Positions 33,001 through 37,259 of a DNA stretch of 64,000 nt are shown piece after piece. A program made the translations under genes and the position numbers. The notes beneath the pieces are model-generated. The model ran no database searches and was not told the origin of the DNA. It saw only the letters and a program-made list of their open reading frames with translations. Within the stretch, counting starts at the first letter, position 1. Each line of letters starts with the position of its first letter. The stretch is from an uncultured delta proteobacterium (GTDB lineage Bacteria; Myxococcota; Myxococcia; Myxococcales; Myxococcaceae), in assembly GCA_963713045.1 (NCBI GenBank), contig CAVQKE010000007.1, forward strand, positions 1 through 64,000, given 5' to 3'.

Positions 33001-34920
33001 CGGTATCGGTGCGATTAAACGCCAACACCCCGTTAACGGTGATGGCCCCGACAATGCTGCCAGTTGCGCTCCCGCTGCCCAACTGCAGAGTGCCGCCGCT
33101 AATGGTCGTCCCGCCCGTGTAGGTACTGGTCCCGGTCAGAGATAAGGTCCCGCTGCCGCTTTTAGTCAGGCCCAGAGCGCCCACACCGTTTTGCAGCACC
33201 CCGCTGAAAGTCGTGGTGGCGCCATCGGCTCCGGCGCTCAGGGTTGCGGCCGTTCCGGTGTCAGTCACCGTCCCACTGCCGGCCAGCGAACCGATGGTGC
33301 TGGAAAAAGTATTAAGGTCCAGAATGGCATTAACCGTAAAATCCGAGCTCGAACTTAATCCCGATATTGAGCCGGCCTGCAGCGTGCCCCCGCTCACCGT
33401 GGTGGCCCCTGAATAAGTATTGGCTCCGCTCAAGGTCAAAATGCCCGTACCGCTCTTAGTCAATCCAAGCGGGTTCTGCAGAACACCGCTAAAGGTGGTA
33501 GAGCTGTTGTTACCTCCGGCACTCAGGGTGGCGGCTGCACCGATGTCGCTTACCGTGCCGCTGCCGGCTAAAGAACCGATGGTGCTGGAAAATCCACCCA
33601 GGTTCAAGCTAGCCGTGTTCACCGTAAACGCAGAGCTCGCGCTGAATCCGGTTACAGAACCTGCCTGCAGAGTTCCGGCGCTGACCGTGGTCACCCCGCT
33701 ATAGGTGTTAACACCCGAAAGGGTTGAAGTGCCCGTGCCGGCCTGGATCACGCTCCCGGTCCCGGTGATATTACCGGTCAGACTCAAGGCCGTGTCGGTG
33801 CGGCTAAACTGCAATACCCCGTTATCAGCGACGTTGCCCACGATGCTGCCCGTTAAGCCGGCGTTACCCAACTGCAAGGTGCCCCCGCTGATGGTCGTGC
33901 CGCCCGTGTAGGAACTGGTTCCTGTCAGGGTCAAAGTCCCTGTACCGCTCTTGGTCAGTGTCAGGGGACCGGCGCCGTTCTGCAGCAATCCGCTAAAGAC
34001 GCTCGAGGCGTTATCGGCGCCGGCAGTCAGGGTCGCCGCGGCGCCGCTATCGGTCACCGTGCCGCTGCCGGCCAGTGAACCGATCGTGCTGGAGAAACTA
34101 TTGAGGTCCAGGATTGAATTAACCGTAAAATCCGAGGTCGCGCTTAATCCCGATGTTGAGCCGGCCTGCAGGGTCCCGGCGCTCACCGTGGTGGCCCCTG
34201 AATAGGTGTTGGCTCCGCTCAAGGTCAAAATGCCGGTGCCAGTCTTGGTCAGCGCCAGGGTGCCGCCGCCGTTGATCAGCACTCCGCTAAAGGTCGTTGC
34301 CGTATTATTACCCCCGGCGCTCAGCACTGCCGTCCCAGCAACGCTATTCGTCACCGTGCCGGTGCCCGCCAGTGAACCGATCGTATTGGAAAAGCTATTG
34401 AGGTTTAAGGTCGCGCCGCTCACCGTAAAAGCAGAGCTTACGCTGAGCGCGGTGGTTGAACCCGCCTGCAACGTGCCGGCGCTCACCGTGGTCACTCCGC
34501 TATAGCTGTTGGTGCCCGAGAGCGTCACCGTGCCCGTACCGAACTCCACCACGCTGCCGGTGCCAGTGATGTTGCCGCCTAAATTCAGGCCCGTGTCGGT
34601 GCGATTAAACTGCAAGACCCCGTTATCTGTGATGTTGCCAGTGATGCTGCCGGTCGCGGTGGCGTTGCCCAGTTGCAGGGTGCCTCCGCTGATGGTCGTG
34701 CCGCCCACGTAGGTGTTGGTCCCCGTCAGGGTTAAAACGCCGGTACCGCTCTTAGTCAGGGCCAGCGTACCGGCGCCGAACGCTTGTATTATGCCGCTAA
34801 AGGTCGTCGTCGCGTTGTCGCCACCGGCCGTGAGCGTGGCTGGTACGCCGGTGTTGGTTACCGTTCCATTGCCGGCCAAGGAGCCGATCGCATTGGAAAA
34901 GCCGCCCAGATCCAAAATCG
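1..34920 (-). CDS. Giant autotransporter-type passenger/adhesin with autotransporter-associated beta-strand (PATR-like) repeats; partial at both ends, three frameshifts
   Basis: ORFs 7562-34915 (9117 aa), 960-7568 and 485-1240, plus an open frame ~495 to 1 (GAMINGALTATGG...LLKQGSGTWVL...LSPG...PGILTLKGNFT), are one continuous repeat protein. The motif LTKxGxGTLTLxGxNTYxGxTTVxAGTL recurs throughout. Breaks at ~7585, ~1213 and ~498 fall mid-repeat in short G/C runs. No signal peptide or beta-barrel lies inside the window. Confidence 0.9.
1213..7585 (-). CDS. Continuation of the giant passenger between two frameshifts
   Basis: ORF 960-7568 has the same repeats until FWDGTNV and then becomes out-of-frame Arg-rich text. 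The repeat resumes as VETGTVNGGSGTWD in ORF 485-1240. Confidence 0.85.
7562..34915 (-). CDS. Largest uninterrupted segment (9117 aa) of the giant passenger; the TTG 'start' is an internal Leu
   Basis: The ORF begins mid-repeat ((S)I-LDLGGFSNAIGSLAG). Its C-terminal RTTWC is out of frame after NAGG (expected NAGGGANDLV). Confidence 0.85.
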   Translation of the reverse strand: MDLGGFSNAIGSLAGNGTVTNTGVPATLTAGGDNATTTFSGIIQAFGAGTLALTKSGTGVLTLTGTNTYVGGTTISGGTLQLGNATATGSITGNITDNGVLQFNRTDTGLNLGGNITGTGSVVEFGTGTVTLSGTNSYSGVTTVSAGTLQAGSTTALSVSSAFTVSGATLNLNSFSNTIGSLAGTGTVTNSVAGTAVLSAGGNNTATTFSGVLINGGGTLALTKTGTGILTLSGANTYSGATTVSAGTLQAGSTSGLSATSDFTVNSILDLNSFSSTIGSLAGSGTVTDSGAAATLTAGADNASSVFSGLLQNGAGPLTLTKSGTGTLTLTGTSSYTGGTTISGGTLQLGNAGLTGSIVGNVADNGVLQFSRTDTALSLTGNITGTGSVIQAGTGTSTLSGVNTYSGVTTVSAGTLQAGSVTGFSASSAFTVNTASLNLGGFSSTIGSLAGSGTVSDIGAAATLSAGGNNSSTTFSGVLQNPLGLTKSGTGILTLSGANTYSGATTVSGGTLQAGSISGLSSSSDFTVNAILDLNTFSSTIGSLAGSGTVTDTGTAATLSAGADGATTTFSGVLQNGVGALGLTKSGSGTLSLTGTSTYTGGTTISGGTLQLGSGSATGSIVGAITVNGVLAFNRTDTALALSGNVTGTGSVTNTGAGTVTLSGANTYSGVTTVSAGTLQAGSTSALSANSAFTVSGATLNLGSFSNTIGSLAGTGTVSATGTATLSAGGNNSSTTFSGVLQSATLALTKSGTGTLTLSGNDTYSGATTVSAGTLQAGSITAFSATSDFTVASILSLGSFSNTIGSLAGSGTVNATGTATLTAGSDNASTTFSGALQNGGGTLALIKSGTGTLILSGTNSYSGLSDVQGGQLTVQGALSNSAVHVETGATLGGAGTISGAVTVLSGGILAPGNNAVGTLTVGSLALNSGSISDFQLGPSGLGNAGGGVNDLVIVNNNLTLGGTLNIADLGTFGTGTYQLFGFGTESGLASALTIGTIPNGVTRAALSIQVTANQVDLVVNGTGLLEYWNGPNTTATGSSPAGGSGTWDNATTNWTVLDGSSNSAWKQGLAVFQGTAGTVNLTAPVSVAGLQFVTTDYQITTANASTITAQSGTLLEANTGVTGTVGVGMVGAGDVTITGPGTVILTAANTYSGGTTISGGTLQLGSAGSSGSIVGAITDNGVLAFNRTDSGLVLSGNIIGTGSVVQAGTGTVTLSGANTYSGVTTVSAGTLQAGSTTALSANSAYTVSGATLNLGSFSNTIGSLAGTGTVSATGAATLTAGGNNTATTFSGVLINGTGTLALTKSGTGTMTVSGVNTYSGATTVSGGTLQAGSGTALSATSDFTVNSTLDLNGFSNAIGSLAGIGTVTNTGAGATLSVGGDNTSSVFSGTLQNGPGALALTKSGTGTLTLTGTNSYTGGTMISGGTLQLGSAGGSGTIVGNITDNGVLAFNRTDSGLALSGNIIGTGSVVQAGAGTVTLLGANTYSGVTTVSAGTLQAGSTTGLSANSAFTVSGATLNLGTFSNTIGSLAGTGTVNATGAATLTTGGNNTATTFSGMLSNGIGTLALTKSGTGTMTLSGADTYSGATTVSGGTLQAGSGTGLSATSDFTVNSSLDLNGFSNAIGSLAGIGTVTNTGAGATLSVGGDNTSSVFSGTLQNGPGALALTKSGTGTLTLTGTNSYTGGTTISGGTLQLGNAGGSGTIVGNITDNSVLALNRTDSGLTLSGNIIGTGSVLNTGTGTVSLSGNNTYSGVTTVSAGTLQAGSLTALSLNSAFTVSGASLNLGGSSNTIGSLAGTGTVTDTGSAATLTAGGNNTSTAFSGALVNGTGTLGLTKTGTGILTLSGLNTYSGATTVNGGTLQAGSGSALSSSSDFTVNSTLDLNGFTSTIGSLAGSGTVTSTSTSTSTSTSTSTSTTLTTGADNNSSVFSGVLQNGAGTVALTKSGTGTLTLSGNNTYSGATTVSAGTLQAGSTTALSAASDFTVTSILNLGAFSNTIGSLAGTGTVSATGTATLSAGGDNASTTFSGALQNGTGTLGLTKQGSGTLILSGTSAYNGLTDVQGGQLSVRGTLSNSAVQVESGATLGGAGTISGALTVLNGGILSPGNNAVGTLTVGSLVLNSGSISDFGLGPSGLGNAGGGVNDLVIVNNNLTLGGTLNIADLGGFGIGTYELFSFGTESGLASALTIGTIPSGVTRGALSIQIAANQVDLVVNGAGLLQFWDGANTTGGVPVVGGNGTWDNSTTNWTIANGSSNAAWKQGVAVFEGSAGTVNLAANVTVAGLQFVTDGYLITTSNGSTITASTGTILQAGSGVSGTVGVPIIGAGDVTVTGPGTVILTAANTYSGGTTISSGILQLGNGAGSGSVSGDITDNGQLSLNRSDSGLVISGTISGTGSLAQIGVGTSTVTGTNTYNGGTTISAGTLQLGNAGVTGSIVGNITDNGVLAFNRTDTALVLSGNIIGTGSVVQAGTGLVALSGNNTYSGVTAVSAGTLQAGSATALSANSAFTVSGATLDLASFSNSIGSLAGTGTVTNSVAGTATLSAGSNNAATTFSGTLINGAGTLALTKTGTGTLTLSGTNTYSGATTVSGGILQAGSITALSATSDFSVNSTLDLNGFSNAIGSLAGIATVTNTGAGATLSVGGDNTSSVFSGTLQNGPGALALTKSGTGILSLTGSSSYTGGTTISAGTLQLGNGTATGSIVGNITDNGVLLFGRTDTALALTGNIVGTGSVINNGTGSVTLSGTNTYSGVTAVNTGGTLQAGSTTAFSANSAFTVNGATLNLNGFSNTIGSLAGTGTVNDSGAAATLSAGGKNTSTIFSGVLINALALTKIGTGILTLTGTNTYTGGTTINGGTLQLGNIAATGSILGNITDNGVLAFSRADTALNLSGNIIGTGSVVQGGTGTVTLSGNNTYSGVTTLSAGTLLAGSTSALSANSAFSVNGATLNLGGFSNTIGSLAGSGTVTNSGAAAALSVGGNNAATTFSGVLINGVGTLALTKTGSGILTLSGTNTYSGATTVSTGTLQAGSTTGLSGNSDFTVTSILDLNGFSNIIGSLAGGGTVLDSSSTAATLTAGADNGSSVFSGVLQNGTGPLALTKSGTGVLTLTGTNIYGGGTTISGGTLQLGNASTTGSIVGNITDNGVLAFNRTDTALALTGNIIGAGSVVQAGTGIVTLSGINTYSGVTTVSAGTLQAGSTSALSANSAFSVNGATLNLGGFSNTIGSLAGSGTVTNSGAAATLSVGGNNAATTFSGVLINGVGTLALTKTGSGILTLSGTNTYFGATTVSTGTLQAGSTTGLSATSDFTVNSTLDLNGFSNAIGSLAGSGTVTDSGAAAILNAGADNNSTMFSGAVQNGAGPLALTKSGAGSLTLTGTDTYTGGTTISGGTLQLGNTTATGSIVGNITDNGVLAFNRTDTALALNGNITGAGSVVQAGAGTVTLSGNNTYSGVTTVSAGTLQAGSGSALSANSDFTVSGATLDLGGFSNAIGSLAGTGTVTNSGALASLTVGGDNATTTFSGTLQNGAGTLGLIKTGIGTLTLSGTNSYSGATTVSAGTLQAGSSTAYSANSDLTVNSTLDLNGYSNEIGSLAGNGIVTNSGTAAATLAAGVDNVNTTFSGSLQNGTGTLALSKNGTGTLILTGSSTYSGLTDVQGGLLSVRGSLGNSAVQVESGATLGGTGIIHGTVTITSGGILSPGNSGPGTLTVNSLVLNSGSMSNFDLGPAGLVGGGNNGLVEVTNNLTLAGALNITDVGGFGAGVYRLFDYGGSLTNNGMTVGTVPNGVSAGALTIQTSVANQINLVVSGTSLLEFWDGPNVVANGTVSGGNGTWDNTTTNWTVADGSSNSAWKSGFAVFEGTAGTVTLAANLTMAGLQFTTNGYLITTSNSSTLTAASGTILETGSGMSGTIGVSIVGSGDVTKTDLGTVILTANNTYTGGTTINGGILQIGNGGSTGLVAGAITDNSQLSLNRSDSGLVLSGVISGTGSLAQSGTGTSILTGANSYTGGTTISAGTLQLGNAGSIGSISGNITDNGTLKFSRTDTGLTLSGNISGTGSVIEAGSGSVTLTGSNTYSGVTTVSLGTLQAGSLSALSANSDFTVNSALNLGGYSNAIGSLAGHGTVTNTGAATTLSVGADNNSSAFSGTLRDGVGTLALTKAGTGTLTLSGNNTYSGATTVSAGTLQAGSLSALSANSDFTVSSILDLNGYSNAIGSLAGSGTVTNNGVTVATLSAGGDNTNTTFSGTLQNGIGTLGLTKSGTGTLILTGAGTYSGLTDVRGGLLSVVGTLSNSAVQVESGATLGGTGALSGTVSVLTGGILSPGNTSPGTLTVGSLVLNSGSQSNFGLGPAGVVGGVNSLVEVTNNLTLAGGLNVTDLGSFGPGVYRLFDYGGTLTNNVMTIGTVPNGITPAALSIQTAIAGQVNLLVNGSGLLQFWDGTEAPGNGVIGGGNGTWNTTNQNWTVSDGSSNSAWKSGFAVFEGAVGTVTLAESVTIAGLQFVTDGYLITTANGSTITAAGGTVLEAGSGITGTINVGIAGVSGITKTDLGTVILGANNTYSGGTTISAGTLQIGNGGTSGMIGTDVTVAGGATLAFNRTDNIVFANVVSGAGSLTQLGTGTLRLSGINAYSGATSINAGTLKLGNDDTSGSLNPASSVIIGAAGTLNFEWSNAQTFANAISGTGNLTQSTATILTLTGANTFTGTTSIVSGGTIALGNGGTSGTLAGPITDNGQLSLNRSDNGLILGGIISGTGTLVQNGTGTSILTGANTYNGGTVLSAGTLQLGNAGASGSIVGAITDNAVLAFNRTDAGLTLNGAITGSGSVVQAGTGTVTLSGANSYSGVTTVSAGTLQAGSGLALSANSDFTVNSILNLNGSSNAIGSLAGSGTVTNNGVAATLSAGVDNASTTFSGALINGTGTLALTKSGTGILTLTGINTYNGGTTISAGTLQLGNAGASGSIIGNITDNGILNLNRTDTALTLNGNISGTGSLTNSGTGIVTLSGNDSYSGVTTVSAGTLQTGSSTALSANSDFIVTGGATLNLNSNSNVIGSLAGNGTVTNSGVSAAVLSAGADNASSVFSGNLINGAGTLALTKVGTGAWTLSGANTYSGATTVNAGTLQAGSGTALSSLSDFTVNSTLDLNGFSNAIGSLAGSGTVTNNGAAATLSAGGDNVSTTFSGALQNGLGTLALAKSGTGTLILTGASTYSGLTDVQAGQLSVRGTLSNSAVQVESGATLGGTGTIHGTVTVTSGGILSPGNSGPGTLTVDSLVLNSGSISDFELGPAGVTGGGINDLVEVSGNLTLAGALNIIDIGGFGTGVYRLFDYGGSLINNHMTIGTVPNGVVPTALAIQTGTAGQVNLLVSGSSLLEFWDGTDPPNNGIIGGGSGTWNTTNQNWTVSDGSSNSAWKSGFAVFQSTAGTVTLAENVTMAGLQFATDGYLITTANGSTITAAAGSVLQAGSGITGTINVAIAGTDGIAKTDLGTVILSANNTYSGGTTISQGTLQLGNGGTSGSVIGQIFNSGALVLDRSDDLVFANPVSGAGSLEKMGANQVTVTATNTYTGGTTIDAGTLIVGDGTTNGSITGAVLNNGSLQFNRSDAIAFGGVISGDGSLTQAGTGLLRLSGANTYTGATNITAGTLQFGNDDNTGSIAAASNVSIGPGTTLNFNWSVNQIFANLISGTGNLQQSAGSTLTLTGANPFSGTTTISAGTIQLGNGGASGSLAGPIVDNGQLSLNRSDTNTLGELISGAGALVQNGTGTSILTVTESYSGGTVINAGTLQIGNGGTAGMIATGATVASGGTLAFDRSDTIVFGNTVSGAGALTQEGTGTLRLSGFNTYTGATTITAGTLQLGNNDSTGAIAAASNISIAGGASLNFDWSNNQTVANAISGTGNLNQSSASVLTLTGANAFSGTTTIAAGGTIQLGNGGPTGTLAGPITDNGQLTLNRSNSGLVLSGIISGSGVLVQKGLGVSILTGTNTYNGGTIINAGTLQIGNGGTAGMIATNVTVAAGSILAFDRTDNIVFGNVVSGGGALTQEGAGILQLSGNNTYTGATIINAGILQLGNNDGTGSIAGASNVSIASGGTLNFDWSNDHTVANLISGTGNLDQSAASVLTLTGSNTFGGTTTIFAGGTIQLGNGGTSGTLGGPITDNGHLTLNRSDSGLVLSGVISGTGTVIQNGSGASILTGANTYIGGTIINAGTLQIGNGGSVGMIGTDVSVAGGAVLAFNRSDSIVFGNVVSGAGSLTQGGSGTLRLSGANLYSGATTINAGLLQLGNNDNTGSIAGASNVSIGSAGTLNFDWSTDHSIANLISGTGNLNQSAASVLTLTGANTFSGLATIVSGGTIQLGNGGSSGTLDGPITDNGQLRLDRSDSGLVLNGNITGTGTLVQMGTGTSILTGTNTYVGGTTISAGTLQLGNAAATGSIVGNITDNGVLAFNRTDTALVLSGNIIGAGSVVQAGTGLVALSGNNSYSGVTTVSAGTLQAGSTTALSANSAFTVSGATLDLASFSNSIGSLAGTGTVTNSVAGTATLSAGSNNAATTFSGTLINGAGTLALTKSGTGTLTLSGTNTYSGATTVSGGILQAGSITALSATSDFTVNSTLDLNGFSNAIGSLAGSGTVTDGGAAAILNAGADNNSTMFSGAVQNGAGPLALTKSGAGSLTLTGTNTYTGGTTISGGTLQLGNTTATGSIVGNITDNGVLAFNRTDTALALNGNITGAGSVVQAGAGTVTLSGNNTYSGVTTVSAGTLQAGSGSALSANSDFTVSGATLNLGGFSNAIGSLAGTGTVTNSGALASLTVGGDNATTTFSGVLQNGAGTLGLIKTGIGTLTLSGTNSYSGPTTVSAGTLQAGSSTAYSANSDVTVNSTLDLNGYSNTIGSLAGNGIVTNSGTAAATLTAGVDNVNTTFSGSLQNGTGTLALSKNGTGIFIMTGSSTYSGLTDVQGGLLSVRGTVSNSAVQVESGATLGGNGTIHGVVTVLNGGALAPGNSPGTMTIDSLILNSGSMSNFELGPSGLGNAGGTSNDLVIVTNNLTLGGALNVADVGGAFGSGVYELFSYSTLTNNVMTIGTVPSGVTKAALSIDLAIAHQVDLVVNGSSLLQFWDGANTTGGVAVIGGSGSWDSTTTNWTVADGSTNSDWKQGFAVFGGSAGTVTLAASQTMAGLEFITNGYQITTANSSTLSAASGTMLQTLSGITGTIGVSIVGTGDVTVTGPGTVILTAANTYSGGTTISSGTLQLGNGGTTGSIMGNITDNGILAFDRTDSALAVSGNLIGTGSVVQAGSGAVTLSGNNTYSGVTTVSAGTLQAGSTTALSTNSNLTVNGATLDLNGFSNTVGSLAGTGTVTNSLGVAVLTAGTDNATSVFSGVLQNGAGTLALTKIGTGTLTLTGINTYSGPTTVSAGTLQAGSGTALSPTSAFTVNSTLDLNGFSNAIGSLAGIGTVTNTGAGATLSVGGDNTSRVFSGTLQDGPGALALTKIGTGTLTFTGTNSYAGGTTISAGTLQLGSTSAAGSIVGNISDSGVLAFSRTDTALVLSGNITGTGSVVELAAGTGTVTLSGDNTYSGVTTVSAGTLQAGSTSALSANSAFTVNGSLNLNSSSNTIGALAGTGTVTNTGSAATLTVGNNGTSTTFSGSLQSGTLALTKSGTGTLTLSGSNTYSGETTVSAGILQAGSTTALSSASDFTVTSILSLGAFSNTIGSLAGSGTVSATGTVTLTAGSDNASTTFSGALQNGTGTLGLNKSGTGTLILSGTNSYSGLTDVQGGQLTVQGALSNSAVHVETGATLGGAGTISGAVTVLSGGILAPGNSPGTLTVDSLVLNSGSLSNFELGPSGLGKAGGGVNDLVIVNNNLTLGGTLNIADLGTFGTGTYELFGFGTESGPASALTIGTIPGGVSRSALSIQVTASQVDLVVSGTGLLEYWNGPNTTATGSSPAGGSGTWDNATTNWTVLDGSSNSAWKQGLAVFQGTAGTVNLTAPVSVAGLQFVTTGYQITTANASTITAQSGTLLEANTGVTGTVGVGIVGAGDVTVTGPGTVILTAANTYSGGTTISGGTLQLGSAGASGSIVGAITDNGVLAFNRTDSGLVLSGNIIGAGSVVQAGTGTVTLSGANSYSGLTTVSAGTLQAGSITALSAASDFTVTSILNLGAFSNAIGSLAGTGTVSATGTATLSAGSDNASTTFSGALQNGGGTLALTKSGTGTLILSGTNSYSGLTDVQGGRLTVQGALGDSAVHVETGATLGGAGSISGAVTVLSGGILAPGNSGAVGTLTVGSLVLNSGSFSNFQLGPSGLGNAGGGVNDLVIVNNNLTLGGTLNITDLGTFGIGTYELFGFGTESGLASALTIGTIPNGVTRSALSIQVTANQVDLVVNGTGLLEYWNGPNTTATGSSPAGGSGTWDNATTNWTVLDGSSNSAWKQGLAVFQGTAGTVNLTAPVSVAGLQFVTTGYQITTANASTITAESGTLLEANSGVTGMVGVGMVGAGDVTVTGPGTVILTAGNTYSGGTTISGGTLQLGRAGASGSIVGAITNNAVLAFNRTDSGLALSGNIIGTGSVVQAGTGTVTLSGANSYSGVTTVSAGTLQAGSTTALSASSAYTVSGATLNLGSFSNTIGSLAGTGTVSATGAATLTAGGNNTATTFSGVLQNGTGTLALTKSGTGTLTLSGANTYSGTTTVSGGTLQAGSTGGLSATSDFSVNSILDLNTFSNTIGSLAGSGTVINSFAGTATLTAGTDNASSLFSGVLQIGTGALALTKSGTGTLTLTGTNSYTGGTMISGGTLQLGNAGGSGTIVGNITDNGVLAFNRTDSGLALSGNIIGTGGVVQAGAGTVTLLGANTYSGVTTVSAGTLQAGSTTGLSANSAFTVSGATLNLNTFSNTIGSLAGTGTVSATGAATLTAGGNNAATTFGGVLSNGTGTLALTKSGTGTLTLSGNNTYSGATTVSAGTLQAGSTTALSAASDFTVTSILNLGAFSNTIGSLAGSGTVSATGAATLSAGSDNASTTFSGLLQNGTGTLALNKRGTGTLILSGTSAYSGLTDVQGGVLSVRGTVTGSAVQVESGATLGGNGTIHGTVTVLSGGALAPGNSPATLTVDSLVLNSGSLSNFELGPSGLGNAGAGRTTWC
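14080..15130. repeat. ~1 kb near-identical intragenic duplicate of ~23944-24990
   Basis: Nucleotide-level match by eye, e.g. cgtcggtcagcccgctataggtgctcgagccggtca at 14101 and 23965, continuing to ttggagaagccattgaggtc in both copies. Confidence 0.85.
29170..29222. repeat. Hexanucleotide microsatellite (TAGTGC)~9 encoding a (Thr-Ser)n tract
   Basis: Perfect agtgct tandem array; the protein reads VTSTSTSTSTSTSTSTSTTLT. Confidence 0.95.
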
Positions 34921-37074
34921 TGAGCCCCCGGGCAACTCCGACCCGAGGGCCTGCAGGGCCCGCGTCATCTGCCGGACGGCTTCCTCCGTTTGGCCACGCG
35001 CCTCGGCCAGGGACGACAACCCAATCCCAACATGGGCAAGGCCGAGGTCCTGGGCGCGCTGAAACAGGCGCTCCGCCCCCGCCAAGTCGCCTTCATTCAA
35101 GGCGCCGACACCGCGCCACAGCGACGCGTTCCGGGCGACATAGGGGTCGATGGCCAGGACGCGGTCGAGCAGTTGGTCGCCCTCGCGCAAGTAGCCATGG
35201 CCCACCCGGGTGGTGGCGAACCAGAAGTTGGCGGTGACGTCGTCCGGGTCCAGTTCCAGAGCACGCTGAAACGCCTCTTTCCCCTCCAGGAAGCGCCGTC
35301 TGGTTTCGTAAACCAGCCCCAGCACTGCGTGGGGCTCGCCGAGCGAAGGGTCCAGCGCGATGGCATGGCGTGCGGGCTTCTGCGGCGGCCAGGGCAGTGT
35401 CGGGCTTGCCCACTTCATAAATGGGCAAAAGGACTTGCAGCGTGGCCAGCCGCGACCAGGCGCGGGCATAGCCCGGGTCCAGCCGCAGGGCCTTCTGTAG
35501 CTGCCCGATGGCCTCGCGGAAGTGGGCGCCCTTCCGCCGGTTGAAGATGGATGTCGCCTGCAGGTACAGCGCGTAGGCCTCCGGGTTGTCGGTGGCCACC
35601 GGGACCAGGCGCGTGCGTTGGTCTCCTTGAAGGACGACCTTCAACTCCTCCGTGATGGCCCGGGCAATCCTCTCCTGCAGGTCGAAGACGTCCGTCAGGT
35701 CGCCTTCGAAGCTATTTGACCAGAGGTGGAAGCCGTCCGAGCCCTGGATAGCTGGGCGGTAATCCGGACCCGGTTGCCCTGCTTGCGCAACGAGCCTTCC
35801 AACAGGTTACTGATGCCCAATGTCTCGCCGATGGCGCGCAAGTCCTCGTTCTTGCCTTCGAAGTGGAAATCGAAGTGCGGCCGGCGACCTTCAGTCCCTT
35901 GACGCGCGCCAAGGCGTCGAGGATTTCTTCGGAAATTCCGTCGGAGAAAAATTCCTGTTCTTTGTCGAGCTGAGGTTCACGAAGGGGAGGACGGCAATGG
36001 ACGAGGTCCTTCGACGTCCACCGCGCCGCCCACGTCCGCCGCTGTCCCAGAAGGCCGCGCGCGGGGAAAGAAGCGCTCCCAAGTCAATTTCCGGGCGGAG
36101 GGATTAAAAACGAGGGCCGCGACAACCACCGCCACCACCCCAACCGGAATCAGCCACGACCAGGCCCTCCAGCGCCGAACCGGCGCGTTGGGCATTGTCG
36201 CCGTCGCGGAACCGGTTGGGTTGCGAAGCAATTCCAGGTTGAAGCCCAAATCCCGCGCCGTCTGGAAGCGGCGCCGTGGGTCCTTCTCCAGGCACCGTTG
36301 GACAACTTGAGCGACGCCCGCTGGAACGCTGGCCGGCAACGGCTCCGGCTCCTTGTGGAGGATGGCGTAGCCGCTTTCCACCACCGCCCCCGGGAACGCT
36401 CGCCGGCCCGAAAGCAATTCGTAAAGGACAGCCCCCAGGCTGAACAAGTCCGTCCGCGCGTCCACCGGGTCACCGCGCACCTGCTCCGGAGACATGTAGC
36501 CAGGCGTGCCCAGCACCATCCCAGAACCGGTCCCGCCACTGGATGGCGACAGCGTCTCGTCCAACAGGCCGTGGGGGGCTGCCTCGTGGGCCGCCTCAAT
36601 CAGCTTTGCAATGCCGAAGTCGAGCAGCTTCACGTGCCCGTCCCGGCTGATGAAGACGTTCTCCGGTTTCAAGACCCGGTGGACAATGCCGCCCTCATGC
36701 GCAGCCGCCAGGCCCTGCGCCATCTGTGCCGTCCACTCCAGCGCCTTGGCCAACGGGACGGGGCCTTTCGCCAGGCGCTCCCGCAGCGTCTCGCCCTGAA
36801 GCAATTCGGTGACGAAGTACGGCTTTCCGTCGTGGAGTCCGACGTCATGCAGGGCAACGACGTTGGGGTGGTTGACGGACCCGGCCAGTTTGGCTTCCCT
36901 CTCGAAGCGCTCGACAAAGGCGCCGTCCGCACCAAAGGCCTCGGAGACAACCTTGATGGCGACGTCGCGGCCAAGGCGGGTGTCGGTGGCGCGGTACACC
37001 TCCGCCATCCCGCCCGCCCCCACCAGGGCCACCACTTCGTAAGGGCCCACGCGGGTGCCCGCTGTCAAGCGCAC
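34921..37074 (-). CDS. Ser/Thr protein kinase fused to a TM segment, TolB-like 'SIAVLPF' domain and TPR repeats; frameshifted and 3'-truncated
   Basis: Kinase motifs GAGGMAEVY, VAIK, HRVLKPEN, DFG, GTPGYMSPE (35977-37074). Downstream frames give SIAVLPFVNLS, ARVKGLKVAGRTS, TDNPEAYALYLQA and FQRALELDPDD. The reading stops abruptly at ~34921. Confidence 0.85.
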
Positions 37075-37259
37075 GGCCGCACCTTACACCCAAGCCTTCC
37101 CCGCCAAGGGTTGTACGCGCTCAGCGAGGCGCGACTTTCTCGGCAAGGAAGGCGTTCGCCCCTCTGGGGCAGTCAGCACCCCTGCGGCTGGAGGGACTGC
37201 CCAGGACGCTGCCCTCGCCAGTGGGATTGTCAGCCCTCGCTGCTACTTCTTGCTGCCGG

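Noticed and set aside
398..34712. More than 100 short plus-strand ORFs (MLVP..VPVP..) opposite the giant gene
   Set aside because: These are antisense shadows. The repeat lacks reverse-frame stops except opposite the Tyr codons, which produces periodic ~68 and ~97-aa ORFs.
1..34920. Regular DNA repeats suggesting a CRISPR array or DGR template/variable repeats
   Set aside because: The repeats are protein-coding with third-position variation. There are no unique spacers, cas genes or reverse transcriptase, and no adenine-specific mismatch pattern was evident.
34858..35469. ORF crossing the junction as a real TPR-adhesin fusion
   Set aside because: Past ~34920 it reads the passenger out of frame and stops within about 20 codons.
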